From Histomonas meleagridis 2922-C6/04-290x (lineage: Eukaryota > Protista > Parabasalia), in the NCBI GenBank assembly GCA_020184695.1, contig JAANOX010000069.1, forward strand, positions 62,001 through 126,000: DNA of 64,000 nucleotides, in the 5' to 3' direction. The translations under genes and the position numbers were made by a program. Below, piece after piece: positions 1 to 11,164 of the stretch. Below the pieces are notes generated by a model. It made no database searches, had not been told where the DNA came from, and was given only the letters and a program-made list of their open reading frames with translations. How positions within the stretch are numbered: position 1 is the stretch's first letter; each line of letters opens with the position of its first letter.

Positions 1-2181
1 CACGTCGGCAACTCTTAAGTCGCTTGGTATGGAGACTGTCATTTGGTTATTCTCGTCGAGAACAGCTTCCGCAACAATAGATCTCACGAGTTCTAATATT
101 CGTTCCATGTTTGGCTCTCCGCCAATGAACGTAATGTTATATCCGCATTTATATTTGTTACGCATTTCCGCTGCTGTGCCACTAAATGAGATATGTCCAT
201 GTTGCATAACAATAATTTGTGATGAAAATGATTCAGATTCTTCTAGTGAATGCGTGGTCATTAATACTGTGCTATCTCGATGATTCTCTAATACTTTTTG
301 AATCAATTGTCGAGATTGTGCATCAACTCCTGCAGTAAGTTCATCCAAAATAATAATACTTGGGGACTTAAGTAACGCTAATATTAATTGAAGTTTACGT
401 TTTTGTCCTCCACTAAGGTCTTGTGTTTTACTTCCAGCACAATGTGCCAACTCAAGCGCCGATAGGTAATATTGAATGTCCCTCTCAATTGCCTTTTCAC
501 TTTTGCCCGTAAACCTGTCAAATAATTGAATCATTTCTTTGACAGTGAAGTCCTTGATGAAGCAGTTCTCTTGGAAAACAACGCCTAATGACCTGTAAAC
601 AAAAGAGAAATCATTAACAATCGGCTCGCCGAAGAAGAAGATGTTACCTTCAGTTATAGGGAATGAACCAATTAAAGAATTAATTAGTGTGGTCTTTCCA
701 GAACCGTTTGGCCCAATTGTTACAACTATTTCACCAGGTTTAATACTTAATGAAACGTCATCAACAGCTTTGATGTTAAGCCTGCCGCCATAAATCTTGG
801 TCAAATGTTCAAAGCGAATGGCTTCTTCTGGATCATCAATATTTAGAACTTTAGGCTTGCCAAACAAAGCCCTCCAGACTTCGCTTTTGAACATATTTCT
901 CCATCCAATCAATGGCCTTCCATAAGCTTGTGGATTCATTAGTGTAAACCAAAATGCTAAAATCGAATAAAAGATGAAATTACCAATAATACATAACAGA
1001 GCCGAAGTTCCTGATATTTTGTTGTGTACAAAGCCTAAGTTACTCCATGAAAGTGGTTCTCCATCTTTTTTAGCTGCTTGCATAAGTAAATTTATTAATG
1101 TGAATCCACCTTGAGGGAATAGAACAGACAAAACAATCCACATTTCTTTGGGAATATTACTTTCGAAAGATATTAATATCATAAAAACAATAGTAACGAA
1201 TATTTGGAATAATAAGAAACCACTAATGGAACCAGTTGACTTAAGTAATGGTGCAAATACAAAGAAGATACAAATAATACTTAGAACCGTAAGTAATGTT
1301 ACAACTAAATCAAGTGTAATATCGGTTCCTTTGGAGTCTTCAATGGTGCAGCATGTGAAGACGACCGTTAAGACCGTTACCGGTATTTGTTCGATGAAGG
1401 AGGCGAGGAAAAGTGCCAAGTGTTTGACTAACTCTGACAGGTTGTACATTCGGAGCATAAAGAAAATACGCTCAACATTAAGTTGATAAAATATTTGACT
1501 ATCAGAAAAAATTGGAAAGATCATCCCCATTAAAAAGAGTGAAATAACAGTCGATTGAGAAACTGCTGGTGTATAATGAGCTAATCCCATTGACTTAACA
1601 TTCATTTTTATCTTTTTGATGTTTTCATAAAGATATTGAAAATATCCATGAACAAATGTGGGTTGAACGTACGTTTGTTCGAGAAAATCAGACGAAGATA
1701 TCAATGTAACGGAATAATTTGGTGCAAGATAAATACCATAATTTGACTCATTCTTTGTTTTAAGATATTTTTCAAGTTCGGACCTTGAGGGAAATGGTTG
1801 TAATTTTTCATATCCAGGGAAAAAACCATTTAGAAAGTTCTTTGTAAAAGTATCATTAGGAGCATAACCAACATCGATTTCAGACGTTTGAAGTAATAAG
1901 TTTAATTCTTCCCATTTACCTGAAATTTCGGTTATATTAGGCGTAAGAACTTCAGTTGCTTTAATAGGGTTTCGTGTAATTAAATATGCAAAAGCACTCA
2001 TGAATATGCCACCAAGTATTAGGACATACCAAATTGGCGACTTGATGCGAATTTTCATTATTGTTGAAAAAAATAAGGAAAATTGCTTTGTCTTAGTAAC
2101 TCCGAGTAAGGACTTGCTTGCATCAAGAGGTGTTGGATCAACTGTTTCTAATTCATAGGAAGCTGAGGATAATTCCTTCAT
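1..2181 (-). CDS. ABCA-family ABC transporter (runs off the window's left edge; absent from the ORF track)
   Basis: My translation from ATG at 2181 (MKELSSASYE...) is in frame with Walker A GPNGSGKTT (~714), signature LSGGQKRKL (~420), Walker B ILDELTAGVD and the MTTHSLEE H-loop. N-terminal TM segments are present. A TCATT Inr-like motif lies just upstream. Confidence 0.9.
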   Translation of the reverse strand, partial: MKELSSASYELETVDPTPLDASKSLLGVTKTKQFSLFFSTIMKIRIKSPIWYVLILGGIFMSAFAYLITRNPIKATEVLTPNITEISGKWEELNLLLQTSEIDVGYAPNDTFTKNFLNGFFPGYEKLQPFPSRSELEKYLKTKNESNYGIYLAPNYSVTLISSSDFLEQTYVQPTFVHGYFQYLYENIKKIKMNVKSMGLAHYTPAVSQSTVISLFLMGMIFPIFSDSQIFYQLNVERIFFMLRMYNLSELVKHLALFLASFIEQIPVTVLTVVFTCCTIEDSKGTDITLDLVVTLLTVLSIICIFFVFAPLLKSTGSISGFLLFQIFVTIVFMILISFESNIPKEMWIVLSVLFPQGGFTLINLLMQAAKKDGEPLSWSNLGFVHNKISGTSALLCIIGNFIFYSILAFWFTLMNPQAYGRPLIGWRNMFKSEVWRALFGKPKVLNIDDPEEAIRFEHLTKIYGGRLNIKAVDDVSLSIKPGEIVVTIGPNGSGKTTLINSLIGSFPITEGNIFFFGEPIVNDFSFVYRSLGVVFQENCFIKDFTVKEMIQLFDRFTGKSEKAIERDIQYYLSALELAHCAGSKTQDLSGGQKRKLQLILALLKSPSIIILDELTAGVDAQSRQLIQKVLENHRDSTVLMTTHSLEESESFSSQIIVMQHGHISFSGTAAEMRNKYKCGYNITFIGGEPNMERILELVRSIVAEAVLDENNQMTVSIPSDLRVADV

Positions 2182-3018
2182 GAAAGAAGAACAGGAATTG
2201 AATGACGGTTAGTATTCAAAATTCAGTGATTACGATCGATTTTTGAAACAGGCATTTTTGTCGTTTGTTTATGGAATAACTTTTTGAATGATTCAGATGT
2301 ATTTTTAAAAAATACAACTTTTTGACATTAAACGTCTTCTTCAAAAAAACAATCCATACGCTTAAAACTCGGACGGGATCAACATGATTTTTTTGGATGG
2401 GTTTTATTTATATTTTATATTTGTTATAAATATATATTTTGTCAACTTATTTTGCAAAATATGCATTATTTTTTCAAAAAGTAAAAGTAAGAAATTTCAA
2501 TTTTTAAATGGGTGTAATATGTTTCCTACTACGCTTAGCGTAATGGTTTTATATGATAATACTGTATTGCCTCCATTCGAATGGGAAAAAAATTAATTAA
2601 AGTACAAAATATACGTTAAATCACTTCATTACCCATTAACACAAATTTAAAAAATAACCTTAAAGATTAACTATATACCCAGAAAAAATAATTTATTTTT
2701 GTGACAAAGTTTAAGATTAAAAAATCGTAATGAATGCTTTTGTTTTATCCGTCATAATTTTTAATCATTATTTCAAAATTCATTGTTTTTTTTTTTTTAA
2801 ACACAAAATAAACCAATAATCATGCTTTAGTTTTTAATAATAATCACATGTAATAGTTTATTCATAAAAACAGTAAATTCCACTTAAAATAAAAAAAATT
2901 AACAACGAAGTCTAAACAAATTGATATTCATTGTAAAAACATAATTTGAATCATTACAATGTTTCATTACTCTAAGTTCTTGCATTTTGATATGGGAACA
3001 TTTTCCTTGTTGATGTGC

Positions 3019-5748
3019 TCATTTTTGTTTTACCATAATTGCTGATTTAAATAATAATTTAACTATTTCAATATAACCTTCTCTAGATGCTGCTTTTATT
3101 GCTGTTACAAATATTTTAAATAATTTCCAAATATTATTTTGAAACATCAAATTATTATAATAAACATTAAATAAGGTAAATAAATGTTTTTTGCATTAAT
3201 ATCAATTCCTTCTTGTTCCAAAAGTAATTTAACTATTTCTATATAACCTTTTTTAGATGCCAAAATAAGTGCTGTATCAAATAATTTAATTAATTTCCAA
3301 ATATTATTTTATAACATTAAATTATTAAAACAAATATCAAATACAACAAATAAATATTTTTAGCATTAACATCAATTCCTTCTTGTTTAAGAAGCAATTT
3401 AACGATTTCTGTATAGCCATTATAAGATGCTCTCATAAGTGCCGTATCATATAATTTAAATAATTTCCAAATATTATTTTGAAATATAAAATTATTAAAA
3501 TTAATAAATAAAACAAATAAACATTTATATCATTAACATGAATTCCTTCTTGTTCAAGAAGTAATGAAACTATTTCTGTATAACCTTCCCTAGATGCATA
3601 CATAAGTGCTGACCAAAATAATTTAAATAATTTCCAATTATTATTTTGAAATATTAAATTATTAAAATAAATATTAAATAAAACAAATAAATATTTTTAG
3701 CATTGATATCAATTCCTTCTTGTTCAAGAAGTAATTTAACTATTTCTGTGTGCTCATATACAGATGCTAATATAAGGGCTGTATCAAATAATTTAAATAA
3801 TTTCCAAATATTGTTTTGTAATATTAAATTATTCAAATAAATTTTAAATTATTCAAATAAATATCTTTAGCATTAATATCAATTCCTTCTTGTTCAAGAA
3901 GTAATTTAACTATTTCTGTATGACCTTTTGAAGATGCTTTAATAAGTGCTGTAGAAAATAACATAAATGGTTTTCAAATATTATTTTGAAATATAAAATT
4001 ATTAAAATAAATATAAAACAAAATAAATAAATATCTTTAGCATTAATATCAATTCCTTCTTGTTCAAGAAGTAATTTAACTATTTCAATATAACCTTCCC
4101 TAGATGTATACATAAGTGCTGACCAAAATAATTTAAATAATTTCCAATTATTATTTTGAAATATAAAATTATTAAAATAAATTTTAAATAAAATAAATAA
4201 ATTTCATCTTTAGCATTAACATCAATTCCATTTTGTTCAAGAAGTAATGAAACTATTTCTGTATAACCTTCCCTAGATGCATACATAAGTGCTGACCAAA
4301 ATAATTTAAATAATTTCCAATTATTATTTTGAAATATTAAATTATTAAAATAAATATTAAATAAAACAAATAAATATTTTTAGCATTGATATCAATTCCT
4401 TCTTGTTCAAGAAGTAATTTAACTATTTCTGTGTGCTCATATACAGATGCTAATATAAGGGCTGTATCAAATAATTTAAATAATTTCCAAATTTTATTTT
4501 GTAATATTAAATTATTCAAATAAATTTTAAATTATTCAAATAAATATTTTTAGCATTAATATCAATTCCTTTAAGTTCCAAAGTATATTTCACAAGTTCA
4601 ATATTTCCTGAAATTGTTGAATATAATATCAATGCATATGGAATTGGGCTTTCTCTGAGAAAATATTTAACAAGATATAAGTTTCCTTTAATTGCTGCTT
4701 TTCTGATATGAAATTCATTGATTTTCATTCCATTTTCTCTCAAGAATGAAAAAATTTCATAATTGAAAGAAATTGTGCATTTTCTTCCTAAATCTTCGAA
4801 ATTTTTAATATTTCCTATTTTATTTTCATAAAGATATTTAAAGATATCGTTTTTATGGAATTTAATTGCTGTTTCATAAGCTTCTCCAAATGATGAATGA
4901 TTTTGTTCACATAAATGAATGATTTCAAAATTTCCACCTGCAATTGCATATTTACCTGTTTTCCCTACTTTTGCACCATTTATAAGTAAATATTTAAAAC
5001 ATTTAATAGCAGAAAAAAAAGCTGTATAATCAATTAATGAAACATTTTCTTTATTAATGAATGAGCATCTTTCATAAGGTGATGGTTCAATTGTTTGATT
5101 AAAATCAAATTTTGTTTGTGATGATATTTCTTGAAGTTTTTCTATTTCATCATTTCGAATTATTTTCGCAATTTCATTTGGATTATGTCCTTCTTTAATT
5201 AACTTCTTATGAAGTTCCCAATCATTCTTTGAAAGCTCTTTATAATTTTCCTTAAAATATTTTATGTAAAATTGTTCTCTTAAACTTTTACAATTTAAAT
5301 CACGATATAAATGTTCAAAATCTTCTTCTGTTAAATATTGGATAAAATGTTGATTACGTATAATTTTATTTCCTATGAATTCTGACTGAATATAACCATT
5401 TTCAACTAAAATATAATAAAAATACTTGGCTTCTTCCGTACGTTTATCAAATAAAAATTTTTTTAAATATTTTGTTACAGTTTCATTTCCTTCAAAAATT
5501 TTCATTTCTTTTAAAAACTTCAAACATATATCAGAATTATTATTCTTTAGAACAAACAAACTGTACACCATTTGAAGAATGATTAAGTTAGTAGAAATTG
5601 GATAATTTTTATCAATTTTGCTAATTAATTCATTTGCTGATTGAACAATATTTTCTTCATTCAAGCTGAAAATTATCTTCTTTATTGATAGTAACATATC
5701 CCATTCATTTTGAGATGGCGTTTCTTCGTTAAGATTCCCATCAAACAT
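3019..5748 (-). CDS. DUF3447-like + ankyrin-repeat protein (locus A), interrupted by 36 x 17-nt intervening elements; reconstructed 705 aa
   Basis: ORF 4516..5781 has the trichomonad DUF3447-like block (GHNPNEIAKIIRNDEIEKLQ...LIDYTAFFSAIKCFKYL...YAIAGGNFEIIHL); the likely start is ATG 5748. Nine 170-nt repeats follow, each coding TALxxASxxGxxEIVKLLLEQEGIDINAK. Removing 36x17 nt gives 2118 nt, an in-frame ORF ending at TGA 3021-3019. Confidence 0.85.
3106..4545 (-). other. Nine cassettes of four 17-nt intervening elements separated by 3-nt micro-exons
   Basis: Cassettes at 4545-4466, 4375-4296, 4202-4123, 4032-3953, 3862-3783, 3692-3613, 3522-3446 (77 nt), 3355-3276 and 3185-3106, each counted by hand. 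Retained triplets give KNGD, NNGW, KYGW, YYES, KNGD, NNGW, YGD, DNGD and NDGV. Confidence 0.85.
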
Positions 5749-6209
5749 TCCAACTTGTAAAAGTGACTTCTGAAAGCACAAACAAAAAATTATACAAAAA
5801 TTTAGTGTACATTACCTACAATTAAAAAACACTTCTTTTTAAAGAGAAAATTCAAATATAAGTCAAAATCTTAGTTATAATTTTTTAGATTTAACAAATT
5901 TGGAATTATCACTTAAAATTTGTTTTCTCATGTAAACTTTGTTTGCACAAGATATTCCAAATAAATGTTTAGTTTAACTTCAGCTCTAATTACAATTCAT
6001 CAATATTATATAAATTGAATCTTTTTAAAAATTTAAAAGGTTTTCTAATTACATTAGTACAAGGCACAATGCATCTTATTCATTTTGTTTATAGAAATAA
6101 AAAATGCTCAAACAACTGCATATTGGTTCTAAAACGTTTTGATCGTTTCCGAACCATCGTTATCGTTGTCGGTTCAATTAACCGTTTGCCGGCATAGAAA
6201 TCACTCACA

Positions 6210-7382
6210 ATGGTAAACAAGCCCGCTCCAAAGTGGCAGCGCATCTATGCCATCCCTGGTATGCTTATATTTGGTACCTGCACTGTCGTTACTCAAAAAC
6301 TTCTTTTTTCACAATCATCCAAAGGTCTAGAGAAATATGGTGATCATGGTGTTCATGATTTTCGTAAACCATGGTTCCAAACCGATCTTATGTTCTGTGG
6401 CATGATGCTTTCACTTATTGCATATTTAATTCTCGGTCGAAAAGATAAGAAAGCCCAAGAAATAAATGAAGAGCCAGTACCAATTAAGAATCGGATTAAG
6501 TTTTATCTCGGATGTTCGCTACCAGCCATTTGTGATTTATGTGCCACTTCACTTTCCAATGTCCAACTTCTTTATATTAATGCTTCAGTATGGCAAATGC
6601 TTCGAGGCTCAATGGTTATATTCTCATCACTTTTCTGTGCCTTTATTCTCAAGCGCCCACATTACCCATACATGTGGTGGTCAATTCTTGGTGTTGTAAT
6701 TGCATTAACAATTGTCGGCATAGCATGCGTAATGTCCACTGGCGCTGGCGTAGCAGGTGTTTCCCAGTCTAAGACCATCATGGCCATCTTTTTAGTCATT
6801 GTTGCACAACTTATTCAAGCCACCCAATTAGTAATTGAAGACTTCATCTTACATGACTGCGACACACATCCGCTACAACTTGTCGGACTTAAGGGAACAT
6901 GGGGCTTTATCTTTTGCACGAGCATTGCGATGCCTACAGTTCAATTTCTTGGTGGCGATGAAGGTAATGGTGTTCATGAAGATATTGTTGATACATTTAC
7001 GATGATTGGAAATAACACATTCATATTAACATTTGTAGTTTTGTATTGTCTTTTCATTCTCTTTTATAACGTCGGCGGAATGTTAGTGATTAATGTGTAC
7101 TCTGCTGTGCATCGAACTATTTTGGAAGGATTGAGAACTGTTTGCATTTGGATTGTTCAACTTATAATATTCTATACAACAGGTAACTATAAGTTGGGCG
7201 AAGAATGGAACGCGTGGAGCTTGATGCAGTTGGCAGGCTTCTTCTTGCTGTTCACGTCCACTTTGATGTATAACAAGATCTTGAGATTGCCCTTCTTTAA
7301 GTACCCTGACGAACCACTAAAGGAAACACAAGAATCGATAAACTCACAGCCTTTGTTGACACAGAACAAGGATGAGGAGTGA
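6210..7382 (+). CDS. SLC35F/DMT-family nucleotide-sugar-transporter-like membrane protein
   Basis: 390 aa with about 10 TM helices and motifs FRKPWFQTDLMF, PAICDLCATSL, SVWQMLRGS and RTILEGLRTVCIW typical of SLC35F6-like proteins. Confidence 0.85.
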   Translation: MVNKPAPKWQRIYAIPGMLIFGTCTVVTQKLLFSQSSKGLEKYGDHGVHDFRKPWFQTDLMFCGMMLSLIAYLILGRKDKKAQEINEEPVPIKNRIKFYLGCSLPAICDLCATSLSNVQLLYINASVWQMLRGSMVIFSSLFCAFILKRPHYPYMWWSILGVVIALTIVGIACVMSTGAGVAGVSQSKTIMAIFLVIVAQLIQATQLVIEDFILHDCDTHPLQLVGLKGTWGFIFCTSIAMPTVQFLGGDEGNGVHEDIVDTFTMIGNNTFILTFVVLYCLFILFYNVGGMLVINVYSAVHRTILEGLRTVCIWIVQLIIFYTTGNYKLGEEWNAWSLMQLAGFFLLFTSTLMYNKILRLPFFKYPDEPLKETQESINSQPLLTQNKDEE

Positions 7383-7775
7383 GTCGACTTGCGATAGTTA
7401 TAAATATTTCATTATAAATTTTTGTTATATGTTTGTGTATCATAAAACATTCACTTGAACTTAAATAAATGTATGTGTGTGGTTAATGTGTTTCACGAGA
7501 GAAAATTTTTTAAAAAAGTTCAGATTTAAAATTTGTGTATTATTTGAATTTCTTGTTAACTTAATTTTCGATTAAAATTTTGATGAATTGTATTCTTTAT
7601 AATGATACGATTATATAGATGTGTTAATATTAACTTTTTATTAACGATTTATTTGATATAAGTTTAAGCTTTAAAAAATAAAATTAAAATTGAAATGAAT
7701 TCATTTTTACTTAAATCAAAAATATATTGAACAATTTCATATAGTTTAGAAATTATTCCATTAATGCGCTTTTAA

Positions 7776-10700
7776 TTAAATGTTTTTTATCCATTGATCA
7801 TTTTCATTGTCAATTAATTCATTAAATTCTTCATTTACAAAATCAGTTTGTTGGTTTCTTGTTGATGAACTTTGTGATGTTTCCGATTTAACATTTGAAT
7901 TTTGTTTTCGATATTTTCGGTGTAAAAATATAACAATTCCAACAATAATAAGAATTATTGATACTGCGCCACATATTATACCAATTAACACATCGTTTGA
8001 CATTTTGTTATTATTTTTAGCTGATTCATTGTCAAGTATAGTAAGGAAATTGCTATTATATATATAATATGTCGAATATTGATAAATTATATATTCATAT
8101 GAAATGAAACTGGAATAAACATAAAAATATGTCGAATTAAGTAATGTTATACTAATTGTATTGGTGAAAATCAATTTGGAAATAACTGTTTGCGTAATCA
8201 AATGTTTCGAAATTAATGTTTGAATGAATGTTACACCAGATTGCAACGAGGCTGTGAATGCATGCGATTTGGTGAAGAAATTACTGTGAGAAAATGTATT
8301 TGATTGTGAATATGTATTTGATTTAGAAAATGAATTCGATTTTGAATAAGTATTCGATTCAATATATGTATTACTTTGCGAAAATGTATTTGACTGTGTA
8401 AATGTATTAGAAAATGTGTTGGATTGCGTGAATGTATTAGAAAATGTGTTCGATTGTGTGAATGTATTGCTTTGCGAAAATGTATCAGAAAAAGTATTAG
8501 AAAATGTAAATGATCGCGTGAATGTATGTGTTGGTCACGGATATTGATTACATCCTTCAATAGATGAGCCTTTCGATACATTAAATGGACCAAATCTTTC
8601 GCCTTCATATAAATCTGATGTCATAACACATGTTGCAGGTACACCTGAAAATGCATTTGAAACTATATATGTTGGCGATTTATATCCGGTGAAATAAATA
8701 CATTTTAATTTTATACAGTTTTGAAATGAATAACTAAAAATTGATATAACTTTTTGACCAATATTTATTGTTTCTAATATAGAGCAATAATAAAATGCAT
8801 AACTTTCAATCGATGTAACTAAATCTGGAATTGTGATATTAATTATTGATGAACAGTGATCAAATGTATGTTCGTTAATTGTTATTATCGAATTTGGTAT
8901 TCTAATATTGACTAATAAATAACAATAATAAAATGCATAACTTTCAATCGATGTAACTAAATCTGGAATTGTGATATTAGTTATTGATGAACAGTGATCA
9001 AATGTATGTTCTTTAATTGTTGTTATTGAATTTGTTATTCTAATATTGACTAATAAGTAACAATAATAAAACGCATAACTTCCAATTGATGTAACCAAAT
9101 CTGGAATTGTGATATTAGTTAATGCTTCACAATCACTAAATGCACTATCTCCAATCGTTGTAACTGAATCTGACATTTGAATTTCAGTTAATGATTTACA
9201 AAAACAAAATCCATAACTTTCAATATTTGTAACTGATTTCGGAATTGCAAATATTTCTTCTATTATTCCTCCTGGACAACAAACAATCGTTGTATAATTT
9301 TTATTATAAAGAATTCCTTTCTGATCATTTATATAATAATTATTTCCTTCAGATACTTCAATAAATTGAAGTGATTCACAATATGCAAAAGCACCTTCCC
9401 CAATTGATGTAACTGAATCTGGTAATGTAATATCATTTAATTTATAACATCCAAAAAATGTATAATCTTCAATTGATGTAACTGAATTTGGAATTGTAAT
9501 ATTAGTTAATGATTGACAATCATGAAATGCATAAATTCCAATTGATTTAACTGGATTTGGAATTACAACATTAATTAATGAAAGGCAATAATCAAACGTA
9601 TGAGCTTCAATTGATGTTAATGATTTTGAAATTTCAATATGAATTAAATTTGTACAACTATAAAATGCAGAACTTCCAATTGATGCAACCAAATCAGGAA
9701 TTTGAATTTCAGTTAATGATTCACAATTATAAAATGCATTATCTCCTATTGATGTAACGTTTTCACTAATTTGAATCGTTGCCAATTTACCACAATTACC
9801 AAATGCACAACTTCCAATCGATTTAACTGAATTAGGAATTTTGATATCAGTTAATGATTTGCAATTATAAAATGTATAATCTTCAATTGATGTAACCAAA
9901 TCAGGAATTTTGATATCAGTTAATGATTTGCAATTATAAAATGTATAATCTTCAATTGATGTAACTGAATGTGGAATTTTGATATCAGTTAATGATTCAC
10001 AATTATAAAATGCATGACTTCCAATTGATGTAACGTTTTCACTAATTTGAATCGTTTCTAATTTATCACATTGATAAAATGCACGACTTCCAATCGATAT
10101 AACTGAATCTCCAATATTAACAGAAATCAAAGAATCCCATCGTGAAAATGATTCAATTTCTAATTCTTCAACACCACTTTTAATAAAAAGATGTTGTGTT
10201 GAAGTTTGATATGTGCTTCTTCCTAAATATTCATCATATGTATAAATAGTAAGTGTTGAAGTTGTCGAATTAAATGTTTCAAATGATTGTATAAAAAAGA
10301 CAATAAATAATAATGAAATAATTTTGTTTTTAATGTTTTCTTTCGTATTGATGTTTCGTTTATATTTATTTAAATATTTATTGAATTTTGTTAAATACAT
10401 AATAGAAATAAAATTAATATTTATAAATTTTTTTATAATTTTATTTATTATGTCATTTATTAATAAGAAAATATTCGAAAATATATCAATGAAATAATGA
10501 AAGAAATAAAAAAATTGAATTGAAATATTTATATTCAAAAACGTTTTAATTAAATCATTAAATAATTTGCATGAATAAATAAAAAACAAAAATAAGAGAA
10601 AAAGAATTTCATATTTTATTCCGACTTTATTATTATGAAAAATCATATTTGTTGAAATAAATTTTGTTCCATAATAAAAGAAAGAAAAAATATAAATTGA

Positions 10701-11003
10701 AAATTGTTGAAATAAAAAAATAAATATTGCCAATAAATTACAGAAGTTATTACAATAAGATGTTTCCATTAAAAAATGATTTTGTTTATAATTGGATATA
10801 ATCAAAATTTCTCGTATTAACAATGATTTAAAATTATAACTTGAAAAATTGTTTTGTTTTCTGAAACAATGTTTTGATAAATTATAACAATAAATATGAA
10901 TAAAAACAAATAAGAAATATGAAAAGATATTTTGATTCATATAAGATATTGTATGAGAATTTTTTGGTAAGCTTGGTCCTAAATATTGAGTAACGCGTAA
11001 CAT
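7776..11003 (-). CDS. BspA-type (TpLRR) leucine-rich-repeat surface protein with Ser/Thr stalk, TM helix and acidic tail; one in-frame TGA at 8535-8537
   Basis: There are about 20 repeats of IxIPxSVTSIxxxAFxxCxxL. After the TGA the same frame continues (PTHTFTRSFTFSNTF...) into ORF 7776..8246, which has the TM VLIGIICGAVSIILIIVGIVIFL. The true start codon is uncertain. Confidence 0.8.
8791..9120 (-). repeat. Near-identical 138-bp (two-LRR) tandem repeat within the BspA gene
   Basis: taaaa(t/c)gcataact recurs at 8791, 8929 and 9067. Near-identical 69-bp LRR units also occur around 9835-10040. Confidence 0.8.
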
Positions 11004-11164
11004 GTGTTGTTTTTAAAAAAAAATTAGGATGAACTCTTTGTCTTGCTTCAAAAAAATTACCTTTTCACCAATGACCAAATAATTAGTCAAATTACAAAAT
11101 CGTAGTACTTTTGTGTAAATAATTGAATATTCCGGATAAAAAATTAAATATCATCATTTTAGGT

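Noticed and set aside
29-1486. Plus-strand ORFs 29..283 and 1148..1486, and similar short overlapping ORFs across the window
   Set aside because: They are antisense or off-frame shadows of well-supported genes such as the ABCA transporter.
3654-4519. Short ORF-track entries here and at 53635-53990 as separate small genes
   Set aside because: They are single ankyrin repeats read through element sequence and are parts of loci A and B.
3106-4545. Cassettes as sequencing/assembly errors or simple pseudogene decay
   Set aside because: Errors and neutral decay would not give 71 inserts of exactly 17 nt in three genes while leaving consensus-coding triplets between them.
3106-4545. Stop-codon reassignment or in-frame loop insertions
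   Set aside because: 80-nt gaps shift the frame (80 mod 3 = 2), and other genes in the window end normally at TAA, TAG or TGA.
3106-4545. CRISPR-like repeat/spacer array
   Set aside because: The context is eukaryotic, the 170-bp units are ankyrin-coding, the 'spacers' are mutually homologous, and no cas genes are present.
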